Assembly: GCA_963924565.1 (NCBI GenBank)
Contig: OZ004609.1
Coordinates: 24,056,001 to 24,120,000, forward strand
Source: Ascidiella aspersa
Lineage: Eukaryota
Direction of reading: 5' to 3'
Length of the DNA stretch: 64,000 nucleotides
In this document: in pieces, positions 23,989 to 37,028 of the stretch
Layout of the letters: each line of letters opens with the position of its first letter
Position numbering within the stretch: position 1 is the first letter of the stretch
Made by a program: the position numbers and the translations under genes
The notes under the pieces: model-generated
What the model saw: only the letters and a program-made list of their open reading frames with translations
Told to the model about the DNA's origin: nothing
The model's database searches: none

Positions 23989-26900
23989 ATGTCAAGTACG
24001 ACAGACCCGAGGTTAAAGGTTACTTTGTCAAGAAATATATTGGCAGACGTCAACGCGAAGCCATCCTATTCTGATGACCCACATCGACCATTTCGCAGTA
24101 AGTGTAAAAGTTACTGCCCGTACACACACTGCGTTTAAATATTGCCTGTTCGCGTTTTACTGTCAATTGTCAAGGCGCAGTAAAACGACCATATTTCAAA
24201 AGAGTTGACGTGCCAGCGGGGATTAAGCGGAAAGCTATTTACTTGGTAGCTCGAATTCAATTTTGACAAACGTTAGGGGAAAAAATAGTACGAAATAGGA
24301 ATTTGAGGACCAGCGACTATACATCAGATTTAAAGTTACCTTATTTTGCTGAAACCAGTTTCGCAAATATGTTTAGTAATTAAGCTTTAGAGACAAGTCC
24401 GTAGCCTTAGTGAGCTGCAGCATAGAAATGTATACTCTGACATTTGTTGTAAACGCTGCGTATACTTTTATAGTGTAGTTGTGGTAGATTGTCTAGTCAC
24501 GACGTCTTGAGGTGGCTTCGTCACGTTTTCTTGGTTAAATTCGCTCCTTGTATAAATATTAGGGGAGAAGAAGAATATTTGCACTTGAGAATAACCTTTT
24601 CAACAGATTAGTTGATTAGACAGTTTTTCTTATTAAGCGTAACATGTACATGTGTATGGGTTTTGCGGCGTCTATACGGCTGCTGCTAGCGTCACTACAC
24701 GTAAGTTACCTTTTTTAATAGGGTAATTTTTTTATTGAAATTGCAATGCGATACTTGTAAGATGGAATTCATTTGCTATTTTCGGCATGTCTCGCTTTGT
24801 GACTTAGTATGTACTTGGCCTTACAGCTACAAGCGAAATATTTTGTCTGTGCGGTTTTCATCTCAATAGACTTGTTGACGGTGTTGCGGGCAACAAAAGA
24901 AAAGTCGGGTCCCATTATCTCTCTATTTCAATTTTTGACCTGCTTTATCGACGCAGGAACCCGAACGTAAAACTTTTCTACTTTGTGAAACTTAAAATAC
25001 AAGTCTTTAGATTTTAGCAATGTTAAAAGCTTTATGGAGAAAAAAAGTGACAACCTATTGAACCTTGTCTGTGGTATATGAGATCGCTTTCACTTCATTT
25101 TCGTTCCCGCTTTGCTGTGCATTGTTTAAGTCTTGTTTGATAAAAATGACTTGAGAGGCGAGTAAACGACAATGACTCCATGATGTATATGTATTATTGT
25201 TAAAACTGTTATCATAAATAATTTCTTATCCGATAGAGTCAACTTATTTTGTATGGTTATTCACACGTCCATGGAGCTTGAATTTTTACAGCAATTTGAA
25301 AAAGATTTACGGAATGACGTTTGAAGGTCTCAAAATGGGACAAAAGTGAAAGAGTATATATTGCGGTATTTTACTAATTGCTTTAAAGCTAAAAAAAAAA
25401 GAAGAAAAAAAAAATAAAATGTTGGGTGAAGGTATCGGAACATGCAGGTTATTGGTTCATTAGTCGCGAAATCAAAGCTGAATTCGAAATAGATTTTTAC
25501 AAAAACGTTAGGCTGCATTCGGATGGATGTGTGATACATACGTCGACGAATCTATTTCTGTCCGTGAGGCGTTGCCCTGGCATGCTGGTCGAGTAGAAAC
25601 GTGTACTGTAAGCGTAGCCTCGTAGTGCTGCGCTAGTGCTTATTGCACAACACTTGACAGGGGTCAGAGGCCACAGCGGGTGGTATCAGCAAACCAGCAC
25701 AGTGCTCGCCGCGCACCGGTTAAATTCGCACCGAACGATAAATATGACGATTGAAAGATGAAAATACATAAGCTCAGCGCCAAACTGCGTTCTATTGTTC
25801 CCAGGGAGGCCATAATAAGCTTGTTCTCGCCGTAACCGGATAGCGGGAACACAAGCCCTGAGCTGAAAAGCAATTGTTCGCGGGCGCGGAGTCGCGCGGA
25901 ATGCCTATAGCTCTCCCCTGCCGACTCAATTAGCTATGCGCCGCACTCCTAATGAAGCGCGATTTACGTAGCGGACCCTGCGGGCGACCAGGGTGTTTAC
26001 GCCGACAGAATACTTGTTATTTTGAAACCGCGAGGCGATCTTCGCCTTAGGATTGCGCAACATTCGGATTTGCTTTTACTATTTTCAGTTTCCTTGAAAA
26101 TTGGATAGGCAGAAAATGTTAGGCCGCGCAACCAGGGCGTTTATTCGTGATATTTTGTGGAATCGCTGCGAGTTAGGCATACTTTGCTGTATTGATGACA
26201 TCCTATTGCGATTATTTTATATACGTATTTTTAAGGTATTTTTTAAACAGATAGGTGTATCATAAGGAAATCAAACAATATGCGCGATCTTATGCGCTAA
26301 AACTGTATTGTTTTTGAGTTCCACCAAGTCAAAAAGAATCAATTGGATTAGTTACCACCCCTGCAATAGGAAACAACAAATCAAAAATGACTCTACTGGC
26401 CCCAATGCAACTCTACAAAGGTAAGCATTACTTATACTTAAGTTGTGACCACTTAAATACCCAATTGCTATTACAGTATTACTGTTTATAAAACAGAGCC
26501 TAGAAAGTTTAAACGGATTTATTGTCTTCTGTGAGTCATAGTTCCTTGGCTATAAGGTTTCCTTAATCGATTTAGTGAACTCCGAATAAAGGCTTCCAAA
26601 CAGGGCACTTAGGCCTTAAAATGTTGTTTCTATACACAGAGGTACAAACGAAAGATGTTCCGCTAATTCAATGCGAAAACCTTGAAGAAGTACTGAATGA
26701 AGTAACTAGCGAGTTGACCCAGGTTGGTTCATCTAAATGAAGTTATGCCTCTACTCACTTTATTCAAACACATATACGAGTGATACGACACTGCTTAAAA
26801 CCGATAAAAATGATTTGTTTCCTCATACAAGTATTACGAAGTGTTGTAAACAAGTCTCTCGAAATGACACAACTCCAAGTCAAGTCATTTTAAAATAACT

Positions 26901-29900
26901 TGTCCTGGCCAAGTCATTATTGAAGCAAGTAAATTCCAAGTCAAGTCATTGACATATGAAAAAAATGAAAATAAAAAATTACTTAAGACTAAGTCAAGTC
27001 ATTTTGCTCAAAAGATTTAGCTCGGCCAAGTCATTTGAAAACATGATTTTGTGTGTTTTTTCAATGCAATTGTGTGTTTTTATACAAGACTTTTGGTTCG
27101 GCATATTATAAAATGATTGTTCAAAGCGTTTTAACGAAAACATCAACTGGCATCATATTTGTTATGTAGTAGCATATACACTTTACAAGACAACTAAATA
27201 AGAGCAAACAGATGGAGTATCGAGAAAAGATCTCCATATGTCCAGTGAAACAGGCAGACATATAGTCTATGTTTTTATCGAGTGGTTATTAGTTTTAATT
27301 TAAACAGGTCATTAGTTAATAACCTTGTTTGTTTTGTAACACAAATGTAACGACAGATCGAGTGGATCGGAGTGGCTAGCTGTCTGCGCATAGACCCGGA
27401 CAAACTTCACCTTGTTGCTTCATCGAGTGGATGCGACTTGCAACGCCAAAAAACTTTGGGCCTCCAGTGTTGGATCGAGGACGAACCGAAACAGGCCACC
27501 TTTGATCAACTGGTTGCTGCACTTCTGCAAGTCCAGGCCACCAGTCTGGCAGGTTAGCAAGTTGTTTTCTTTGAATTGAATTTTTAACATTGAATTTTTT
27601 TTAACAAGGCAGAGTATATACGAAACGCGCGATTGAGCCGCGTAAGGGATGTTTACCTTCGTGAAATAAAATATGATGAAGACTAACACGCGGTAAAAAT
27701 TACTCTGTGGATATTAAATTAAAAGCGGTGAATTTTATTTTATCATAAAATATATCACATTTTGTATTTCGGAATGTTTTGACAAAATATGTTTTCATCT
27801 GCATCCCATAACCGATATGGAATAACTATTTTGCTTCAAAATAAAGTCGTTTTTTAAATGTATCTAAGCTTTTGTGATTCATTTTAAATGACAACTAGAG
27901 CAATGGCACTTGCCCCATTAGTCCAACAGATGCATAGTTTTTGTTTTTGCACGCAAATATATCGACGTTAATACGTGCGCAGGCGACGTGAAGTCCTACT
28001 GTCGGCTGATGACGTTGCGGCGTTCGAGCAACGCGCGAAAGCACCTCTCTCTCCAGACGCAGTACTACGCCATGCAGTTCGGGCCGCAGTCGCGTTATCC
28101 ACAGCTGCCCAAGTCGGCTTACACCAACGGACAGTGGAAAACGAGCGAGGTCCCCCTACCCCAGTTTCTCTACGGATCCCCGACGGCCGCGTTCTATCCG
28201 TCACGCTCGGTTGCGCCCAACACCTTCGATCTGACGTCATCCGTGTCGATTCAGGGATCCAAGCTGAATCTCGTTCACCGGGAGCCCTGGGCAGTCAGGG
28301 TCACCAAAAAAGGTAGTGCGTTTTAAGCATGGGGGTAACATTGGCCCTTTTGTATGATTTGTGTTACCATTCGATTGTGAATTAATGCATAAACGCGACT
28401 AAGTAATAATATAAAATTGTTAAACTTACCCGTAAGACCGTTACCCATTATATATCAACTGTTGCTTATCATGCATAATATTAACAAAAAAACATGGTAT
28501 TTGGTTTTTGACAGTTTTTTTTTTTTGACAGTTTAAACCAAAAAACAAGCACTGTTGCAAAAGATAAATTGTTAAATATAATTCACAAAAATATAGAATA
28601 AAACATTTCACATTCAAACCCCAGTATAAAACACCTGTAAACTAACAAAGAAAAGACTATAAAATTTATTATTAAATACACAAATTCCTGCAAATCACAA
28701 TGTGTTTATTGAACAAAAAAACTTCATCCCATTGACCCAGTATAGAATAATTATTGTTTCTTGAGGAAGTTGCCACTCATGAAGAAAAACTGCTTTTTTA
28801 AATGTTTAAGAAAATTTATTTTGTCGTTCGAGCTAATAAAAACGGACTACTGGCGAGTAACGCAAATGTGGAACGTGCACAGAAGTTCGCTTAGTTAAAC
28901 CCACATGGGGCGGTCATCTATTTCGGGCAACACAAGCGAAAAAAATGTTTCCGGGCGTCGTGATAAAACCGGGTCCATGTTGTAGAAATATATACGACAT
29001 ATCTCGGTTACACTGGCTTCGTGGGGTGCCACGACCGCCTCCTCGCCTGCCTGGACCTTTGTCGCACAAAATCCGATACATCATGCGTGGACAACGAAGG
29101 TATCCATACCAGCGAGTATTTGGCCCGAGCATCACGGCACGTCTTTGTTCGAGCGTGTCCGGTTACCCCAAGAAGCACCCACAGCAGCCTCCGATAGTCT
29201 TGTCTCTTCGAAAAAAACAAACACCTCGATACGGAATCGTGAATATAGGCCGCACGCCTTAGGCGGCTGCGCTACTTCGCGACCTGAAATTAATTTATAA
29301 TTCGATTAGTTGAACTGGAACTGTATTGTCAAGTATATTTTCGACTGGGGTTTCCCATAGCCTGCATGCACCTTTCGGCACTTTGGAAGTATTAACAATA
29401 GTTGCCGTTCCATCGTCTAACACTTTATAAAAAATGAATTATGTTGAAATACTGAACAAAGATATATCCACTCCTGTATTACAAATAGTAAAGCCTACTG
29501 ACCCATAAAACGTTTAGGCTATACTTTATTTGATTTTTCTGTTTTTAGCAACACGTCCAGCGACTATTTCCGGAAAACCTCTATTGCAGAAAAAGAAAAA
29601 GGCTCTTGGGGCACATAAACGATCGGGTAAGACTTAATACACCCTTTCGGATTGTTGGGTCTACATTATAAGAAAATTACATAATCAAGATTTCGATTTC
29701 GCCTTATATATACGTTCCTTTACACCCGTTCGAGATCAACCCTCTTCCAAAGATGACAAATTTAACGATTAATCTATTCTTACGTTTACAGGTCAAGTTG
29801 ACATCTGCACAACCATAAAGACAGCAGTTCCTCTCACCAACAACGTTTTTAGAGATTGTCATCCTGAGGAAATTCAGGAGAAAATCGCCAGCAAGCTCTT

Positions 29901-32900
29901 CGAGTATCTATTGAAGTATGTATAACTCTATTTATAAATCGTTATAATGATGTATAGGATTGTATGTGTTCTGTTGGAGGTTAAGATTGTGTTGTGGAAA
30001 CACATGCTAATGATGTAGGATTGCTATTAGGTTTATTTTTTTCGACGGAAACGATTAAATAATGTGCTCTGCATCATTTTCAATGCAAACACACCGCTCA
30101 AAGAAATTTCGTGGCTATAGACTTTAAATTTGACAGTTTTTTATCAACGCTTGAAACTACAAAGTTTTGGTTATTTAAATTATATTTTGCTAGTTTAATT
30201 TTCTAACTACCGAATGACACCATATTTATCTTTATCTGTTGTGTTTGTTATTTTCAGTGGCAGTGGATCACGTGAAGCACTTTCTGTTGTTTCCACCCTC
30301 GAATCAATCGACGGACTTGTGGTGAAAAAACTTCGACGGGGTTCTATTAAATTTGAAACCAGCGTCCACAAAACTACGGCACTAAAAGAGCTTTGGAGTC
30401 ACTTCGAGTCCGGTAAAACTTCTTCATTTTATGTAACATGTTAAACTCAAAACTTAAACTAAAATACAACATTATAGTAACATTATTTATTATTTACGGA
30501 AAATATTGCCTAATGGTATAGGCCGATGCTGTCGACGGAATCTAATCAATAGGCTCGGAATTTTGTAAAGTGTCACAGCAGATGCGAAAAGTATCGCAGT
30601 TTTATTCTGATTAGCTGTATTTGATATAAACTTTGTTCTGTGTTGTGTTAGGGCATCTCAACGACATCTTTCAGGAGCAATTAATAAGTGACAACGCCCT
30701 GAAAATGTCTGGAGCCTTTGCCATTTCGTTGGAAACCCGTATAGACCAAAACGAAGTGGATTCCTGCTTTCGGCATTTACAGGTAAAAGTAAAGTGAATT
30801 TACAACCTCCTTGTAACCGTAATAATTTCAGTGTGACTTCGATTTAAACAACCTTTAACTAGCTAATGATTGTTCAAAATCGTTGTTTGATTTCTGCGCA
30901 TTATACTGATCGACCGAGTTATGTTTTTTAAATGTATATATATTGAAATAACTAAGCAAAGTGATTTATTCTGTATGGTAGATAAGATTTAGTACTAATA
31001 GCTCTATTTGATTTACCAGGGACCTGGTAACCGAGGAAAAGCCTTTGCTGCCAACTCTACCCGGCGCTCGAACATAGGTGCAAGCCGTAGCACGTCGCCC
31101 CCCAGGTTAAAGCTTGCCTACAAGCTCACGCCGCGATTTTCATCCGGAATGCAGAAGCACACACTTCAGTCGAGGTAAAATACCTTCCCACAATAAATAA
31201 CATAAGATACCTTAATTATAACGGCAAATCTATTCGTATCTTCTGAAAATAAATTCAGACCACTGTAAGTGTATGAGCCTTCAGTAAAAGCAAATGAGAT
31301 GAAGATCTTGAGTAGACTAAACCACATCACTATTTTGAACTGTTCGTTATTGAAATGCTTGTTAAAGAAGGTACTTATCATCCAAAGTTACATTTTATAG
31401 GCTACATTTATAAAATAATACCCTTGTTTTATGCTTTTATCGAAGTTTGATTTACTTTTTCTCGGTTGCTAAATCAACCTAAAACGTCGTTTAAAAAAAC
31501 ATTACCCTTTTTGATACCTTCACCTTTTTAGGGTATCGTCTGTGCCAGCAAGTCGCTCGGTTACTGTTGAATTGGCGCCGAGCGTCAGGACGGTACGACC
31601 TGAACCCCGAGGTCCGATGGGTAAGGGCGACAAAGGTCGCAGCTCAATCAAGGCCGATAGCATTCCCGGGGTGGTGTTTGACGAGCACAGTCCCCTAAAC
31701 GAGTCGGAAGCACATGTGAACGAAAATGTTCAGGGAACCTCACCTAAAGACCCGGAAAGTCAATCGGCACCACCGCCGACCCCGGACATACCCGAAGGTA
31801 AGAGTAGCCTCCATCAAGTTCTCCATTTGTCCAATAACTTTTGGTAATTTAACTATTCAAAGGAGAAACCAACATGTTTTTATCAAGGATTTATTTACAC
31901 TTTTAAGTCTAACATAAGGCAGCTGACACAAAGTTCAAACTTCAAACAATTTAAAATTATTTTTTGTAACTAAAGTTTTGATTTAAATTTTGAGAACATT
32001 GTGCGGAAAACGTTTCGGCCATATTTATGTTTATTTTATTCTTATCGTACTTTCAAACTCACACTTTCTCCTCTTGACATTGTTATGTTAATTTAATTTA
32101 CAATCGGATTCTTCAGGTGTTGAAAATCCTGGAACGCCGACGAAAAGCGACGATTTCGCGATGAAGGAAGCAATGGATGATCTGGAAAAGAGAACGCTAG
32201 AAGCTGAAACTGCCTATAGGTAATCAATAATAATAAAACTACCTTTACAGACCAATAGAGAATTGTCAATCGTCGATAAGAACAGGGTTTTACTGCTGTC
32301 TTCATAGTAGTGAAAAATGTGTCTTGTCATTTCAAGATTTACAACAAGCTGAAACAATACACGTCGGACTTTGGTAAACAAAACTATTACGATGTTTGGT
32401 TGTGTCGCATGTTTTAAAAAAAATAGTCCTAATAATGTCGTAATCATTCTAAGAAAGCTGCGTGTTATAAAAAATGACTTTCAAAGAAATATCGACATAA
32501 CAAACAAATTTCGCACTCAAAGAGGGTAAAACACACAGAAACCAAAGTATATCTGTAAAAGTTACGACTTAATTTAAATATATTCGAAGTCGTAAAAACA
32601 CGTTCGTCGTGTGTGGCCTTTTATGATTATTTCCACCATACGTGACCAAAGCACTGTCCCGCATCATCAGAACGATATTACGTGGATAAACCAATAAGGT
32701 GAATTCCTGGAATGTTTACTAAGATGACTTGCTATACCAGAAACTTCGACGAATCGGTGCTTAGACGACTAGTTGACGTGCTCAAGAACTCATCGCAGTT
32801 CGGGGTGGACAAGATCCATCACGTGAGCGACCTGCGCAAGTATGCCACCAACCTGAGGCAGCACGACTCCGCCGAGACCGCGCAGCTTGTCGAGGAGTTC

Positions 32901-33251
32901 GTCAACGTCACGGAATCGCTCGACCGCATCCATCATGACGTCACCTCCAAGATATGGCTGCGCGTTTCCGATTCGGCTTCGGCGTCGGCCAAGTCGCGCG
33001 ACTCCACCGGCAGCCACAGGCGCTCACCTGTCCGAAATCAAGTCACCCAATCGATCGAGGTCTGGCAGAAGATGCTCGATCCCAAATACGACTTTACCGA
33101 GCTTAGAAACACTGAGGAAGAACAGCTGAAGAGGATCCTCACCGAGGAAGAGTTGCAAGAGTTCGGCGGACTTCTGTCGCACGTTCCCGCACTACTGGAA
33201 ACCGCTAAGACCTGTCACCAGTTGCTTAATCATTACTTACAAGCTCCATGA
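23989..33251 (+). CDS. Uncharacterised ~763-aa protein: N-terminal Death domain, central TRADD-N-like (DEDD C-terminal-like) domain and C-terminal helical region; 13 exons
   Basis: Exons 23989-24097, 26370-26420, 26640-26722, 27357-27552, 27983-28312, 29549-29626, 29792-29915, 30258-30412, 30652-30782, 31020-31174, 31532-31797, 32117-32219, 32741-33251 are all GT-AG and phase-compatible (2292 nt). Death-fold pattern LNEVTSELTQIEWIGVASCL...LGLQCWIEDEPKQATFDQLVAALLQV. The segment GSIKF...ALKELWSHFESGHLNDIFQEQLISDNALKMSGAFAISLETRIDQNEV resembles the DEDD/TRADD-like domain. The first exon is the least certain. Confidence 0.8.
26850..27035. repeat. Cluster of CAAGTC(AAGTC)ATT motifs, probable transposon subterminal remnant
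   Basis: At least five copies of aagtcatt, several preceded by caagtc or ggcc. Confidence 0.55.
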
Positions 33252-34870
33252 CCTGTGACTGTGGCCTGCTGTTGCTTCGCAACGATAGCTGCGGCGCACA
33301 CTCAAAACATCACGCGGAGATAACGACCCCTGGAAATGCAAATGAGCCCGAAGCTTGACTTTTTCTTTTGCTGTATGTTGAATACCTTTTAAAATATTTG
33401 TGAACGCATTTTATTCGTCGAACTTTGCACAACTGATTGGAAAGATTTTAAACTTACTGAGTGATCAACATTAAACACACTGTAGGCCTACAGTGTTTAT
33501 CAAAAAATTAACGACTTATTGCACCGTTAAAGACATATGTATATCTGCATATTTTTGTAATTATTGTTTTATTGACATCATTTTGAACTATTTTACAATA
33601 ACGAATTGAACGTTAGAAATGTAATCAAATACGTTATAAGAACTAATGCACTATCTTGTTATTGCACTATAATTTTATTCAACTGTTTAGCTTGCTTTCA
33701 TTGATTTAACAATTGTATAAAATGCTACACACAATATATATTTTTACACGCACCATTTTACCAACATTAATTTATTTTACTAGATATTCTTACTTAAGCA
33801 CGTTTTTCCATTTAAAGACTACTTTTGTCAATCGATAATATGGCATGCTCGCTTGCAACGGGATTTTGTGCCAAAATATTGCGTGTGCACAATTTTTTGC
33901 ATTTGGTAAACCTCTCTATTGCAAGACTTAAAAGGTTTCTTTAGTTACCTTGTAGACTGTTCGTTAGACCCGAAAGCGGAAGTTTATTGCGTTGACCTTG
34001 GTCAAATTGATATTTTAAATGCAAGTTTTATATTACTATAAACGTATTTGGAATCTGAAAATTCATGCATATATTGTAGATTACTCGTTTAACACCAATT
34101 TTGTAAAAAAGGGTTTATGTGTATGTAATTTTGCCCATCAGGGAAAACTGTATAAACAGAACGTCTAAAAATTTAAATATATTTGTACACAAAAAACGTA
34201 CCATACAGAAAACGTTTTCAGTGTTTGCCACAACAATCGCTAAATATTTGTTTGGCAAAAGCCCATACACTGAACCATGTTTTACGATATTAACATTCTG
34301 ATTGCTATACCTGCTTCATATCACGGGCTCTATGTAGAGTTTTATTTAATCCCTTTGTTATCGCCCAGCTAGATGTTCAGCCATAGTTTTATTGCATTTT
34401 TGTTTGTTTGCTGAAGAACAGTACATTCTATTTTAACGATTCCGTAGACTTGTGTTGAATGAGTAAACATGTTGTATCAATGAGATTCTAATAACACTGT
34501 AATCAGCGAAAGATGATATTGCAAATTGTTTCATCACACCACGACCTACATAACTTTTACCTCCGGGTGACCGGGTGCATTTTTAATTATGCCAATTTTT
34601 GGAACGTAAAAGGCATGTGTGCATAATAATTATCTAGTTTACAGTTATTGAAATTAACAAATATCCAGTTATGATTAATAGCCTAACTGTTAGGTTTGTA
34701 TTCGTAAAATGTTTCGTTCATCTTGTTAAATGTAATGCAGCTTAAAAGATATTTTTATCTAGCTGGTTTAGCCTGTGGATACTGGTTCATATTGTTTACA
34801 TGTATGTTATCTTGAAGCTACGCTGTTGTACTGTACAAATACAATAACAAGTTACGCTTCATTTGAACTC

Positions 34871-34873
<3 letters not shown>

Positions 34874-34900
<27 letters not shown>
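34874..34900. repeat. (CT)n microsatellite
   Basis: Uninterrupted ctct tract of ~13 units. Confidence 0.95.
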
Positions 34901-34904
<4 letters not shown>

Positions 34905-35225
34905 GTTTTACTATTCAGGGTAACGCCGAATAGGATTAAAAAATATTCAAACCGAGAAACAAATCCAGTATACCCAACTGAATAGGGGAATGTTGCATGT
35001 TATGAGACACGTGAAGGTCCGTCTTTAAAACCAAAATTTCACAGGTCAATGTAAAAATCACGAATGAAAAACAACTTGAATTTGACCTTCTGAAACAAGA
35101 AACCTCAAAACTCGCCAGTTTAAACAAGTTTTGCAGAATCATAAAAGGGATTCGTTCTGATAAACGACAATGAAAATTTTAAACTAAAGGGACAATTAAG
35201 TGCGAAATTACGTGTAGTCTACTAT

Positions 35226-35621
35226 CAGCGGTTCCCAAACTTTTCTAAAAAAATTGCCTGGTGGACCCGTTGCAATCATATTGATATTTCGGAGCCCTTT
35301 AAAAATTCAAGGGTCAGTTGACCCATGTTTCTTGTAGTCAAATAGTGCAGTCACGATTCTTTTTAATGTAACAACTTTCAAATTAATGCGAAGGATTTAC
35401 AGTATAATAAATGCTTTGATGTCAAAAGAGACATGATCAAACACGCTATATGGTCGAATAATAAAGCATAATTATAGAGACGATAATTATGACAGATAAT
35501 ATTTAAAACATAGACTAAAGAGTAATGTTGAAAAACTTAAAGATTAATTCTCCTTGCGGACCCTATGAAACTGACTGTACGGACCCCAATTGGTCCGCGG
35601 ACCCCAGTTTGGGAACCGCTG
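35226..35621. mobile_element. hAT-type MITE
   Basis: Perfect 16-bp TIR cagcggttcccaaact / agtttgggaaccgctg; ggaccc subterminal repeats; TSD unclear. Confidence 0.85.
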
Positions 35622-37028
35622 GTCTATAGGTTTGGCACATTAGTCGTGTGGCTATTGTTTACCCTTATCGCTACAATTGTATCCAGCATTCTGCGTATGT
35701 TAAATAGCTTTGACACACACGGCACTGGTCAATTCTCGTTAGTTTGCCTGTTTTTTTGTAATAAATTTCAAATGTTAATTTCGTTTTGGTTCGAATTGGA
35801 GTGTTTTTTTGTTTGGCAATATTTTGACTGCATTTGCATTATTTCTTACAATCATGTTGATACGGTGAATGGAACTAGTTTCTAACCAACTATATGTTAA
35901 AGTTTCGCTGGTCAAAACCTTTAAAACAAAATATGGTAGCTCCTTGTTTTTATTTTGTATTCTGTTTTGGAAAGTATAGTGTGGGGCACGAATTTAGTTT
36001 GTTGAACTCCTGACTCCAATTTTAAGTAGCGTGCGTTAACTCGTTAGCCGACCGCAATACTTCTGGTGATTATAATTGTATTAACTGATAAACGACAACC
36101 AGTTTCAAACTATAGTCGGCGGAACAAGTTAGCATATAGGAGATGCTACTTGCAAATATTAAAGCTGTAAACAGCACAAGTGGATAAGTAAGAAGACTTA
36201 GTTTTACAAGCGGATAGCGGCGGTATTAAATAGCTAGAGACTGACCGCAGAGATAATGGCAACACTTGGTTGTGAGTTAGCGATGCTTCGCATAGAATAA
36301 TTCTCTCACATAAGCAAATACATCATAAAACTCACTGTAAAGTGTAAACACAAAAGCTCTTAGTCGGTAATAATTCACGCACTCTACAATAGCCTTTATT
36401 TCACCTAAAGAAAACCTGGTGTATTTTTAGTATTTTAGGCCATAGTTACAGAAAATAAATCGTCTTCAGTGAGTTGTTTTTACCAAATTAAAAGTCCCTA
36501 TAAAGTGATAATGATGAAAACATCACATCAATTTTATGTGTGCAAAGTGAGAACACTGAACATATTTTAAGCCAAAGTAAAAAAATATTTCCAGCAAATG
36601 TCCCTCAATATAGGCAGTAAAAAATAATTTATTTTAGAAGTTTTGGTAAAATCATAGAATGCTAAACGTCTTTAAAGTGTTTTTTTAGATAATGATTTTT
36701 TTTTAATTTGGGGCAGAAAGCTAAACTGATTTTTATTGATGTAACTATACATAAGTAGTATTAATAGTGATATTGAAGGTATATCTGTTTTTTAGTTTAA
36801 ATTATAACTTTTTAATAATTTTAGTGGCTAATCTTATATTAATAAATTATAAGTCGATCGCTGCGAAGTTAGCACCCCATTTTAAAAACATTGCTCAGTT
36901 TTGCCGCTGGTGGAGTTGTTGTCTAGCAACGCCAACAAAAATAAATTTCGGTTTTGTAAATTTTGACTGTAGTCTTACTATTTTTATTTATTTTTCTCAT
37001 TGCAAGGAAGTTAATGTCCAACTAAAGC

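Noticed and set aside
32005-32025. AAACGTTTCGGCC, resembling a hammerhead 3' core on the minus strand
   Set aside because: No CUGAnGA box or stem partner at the right distance.
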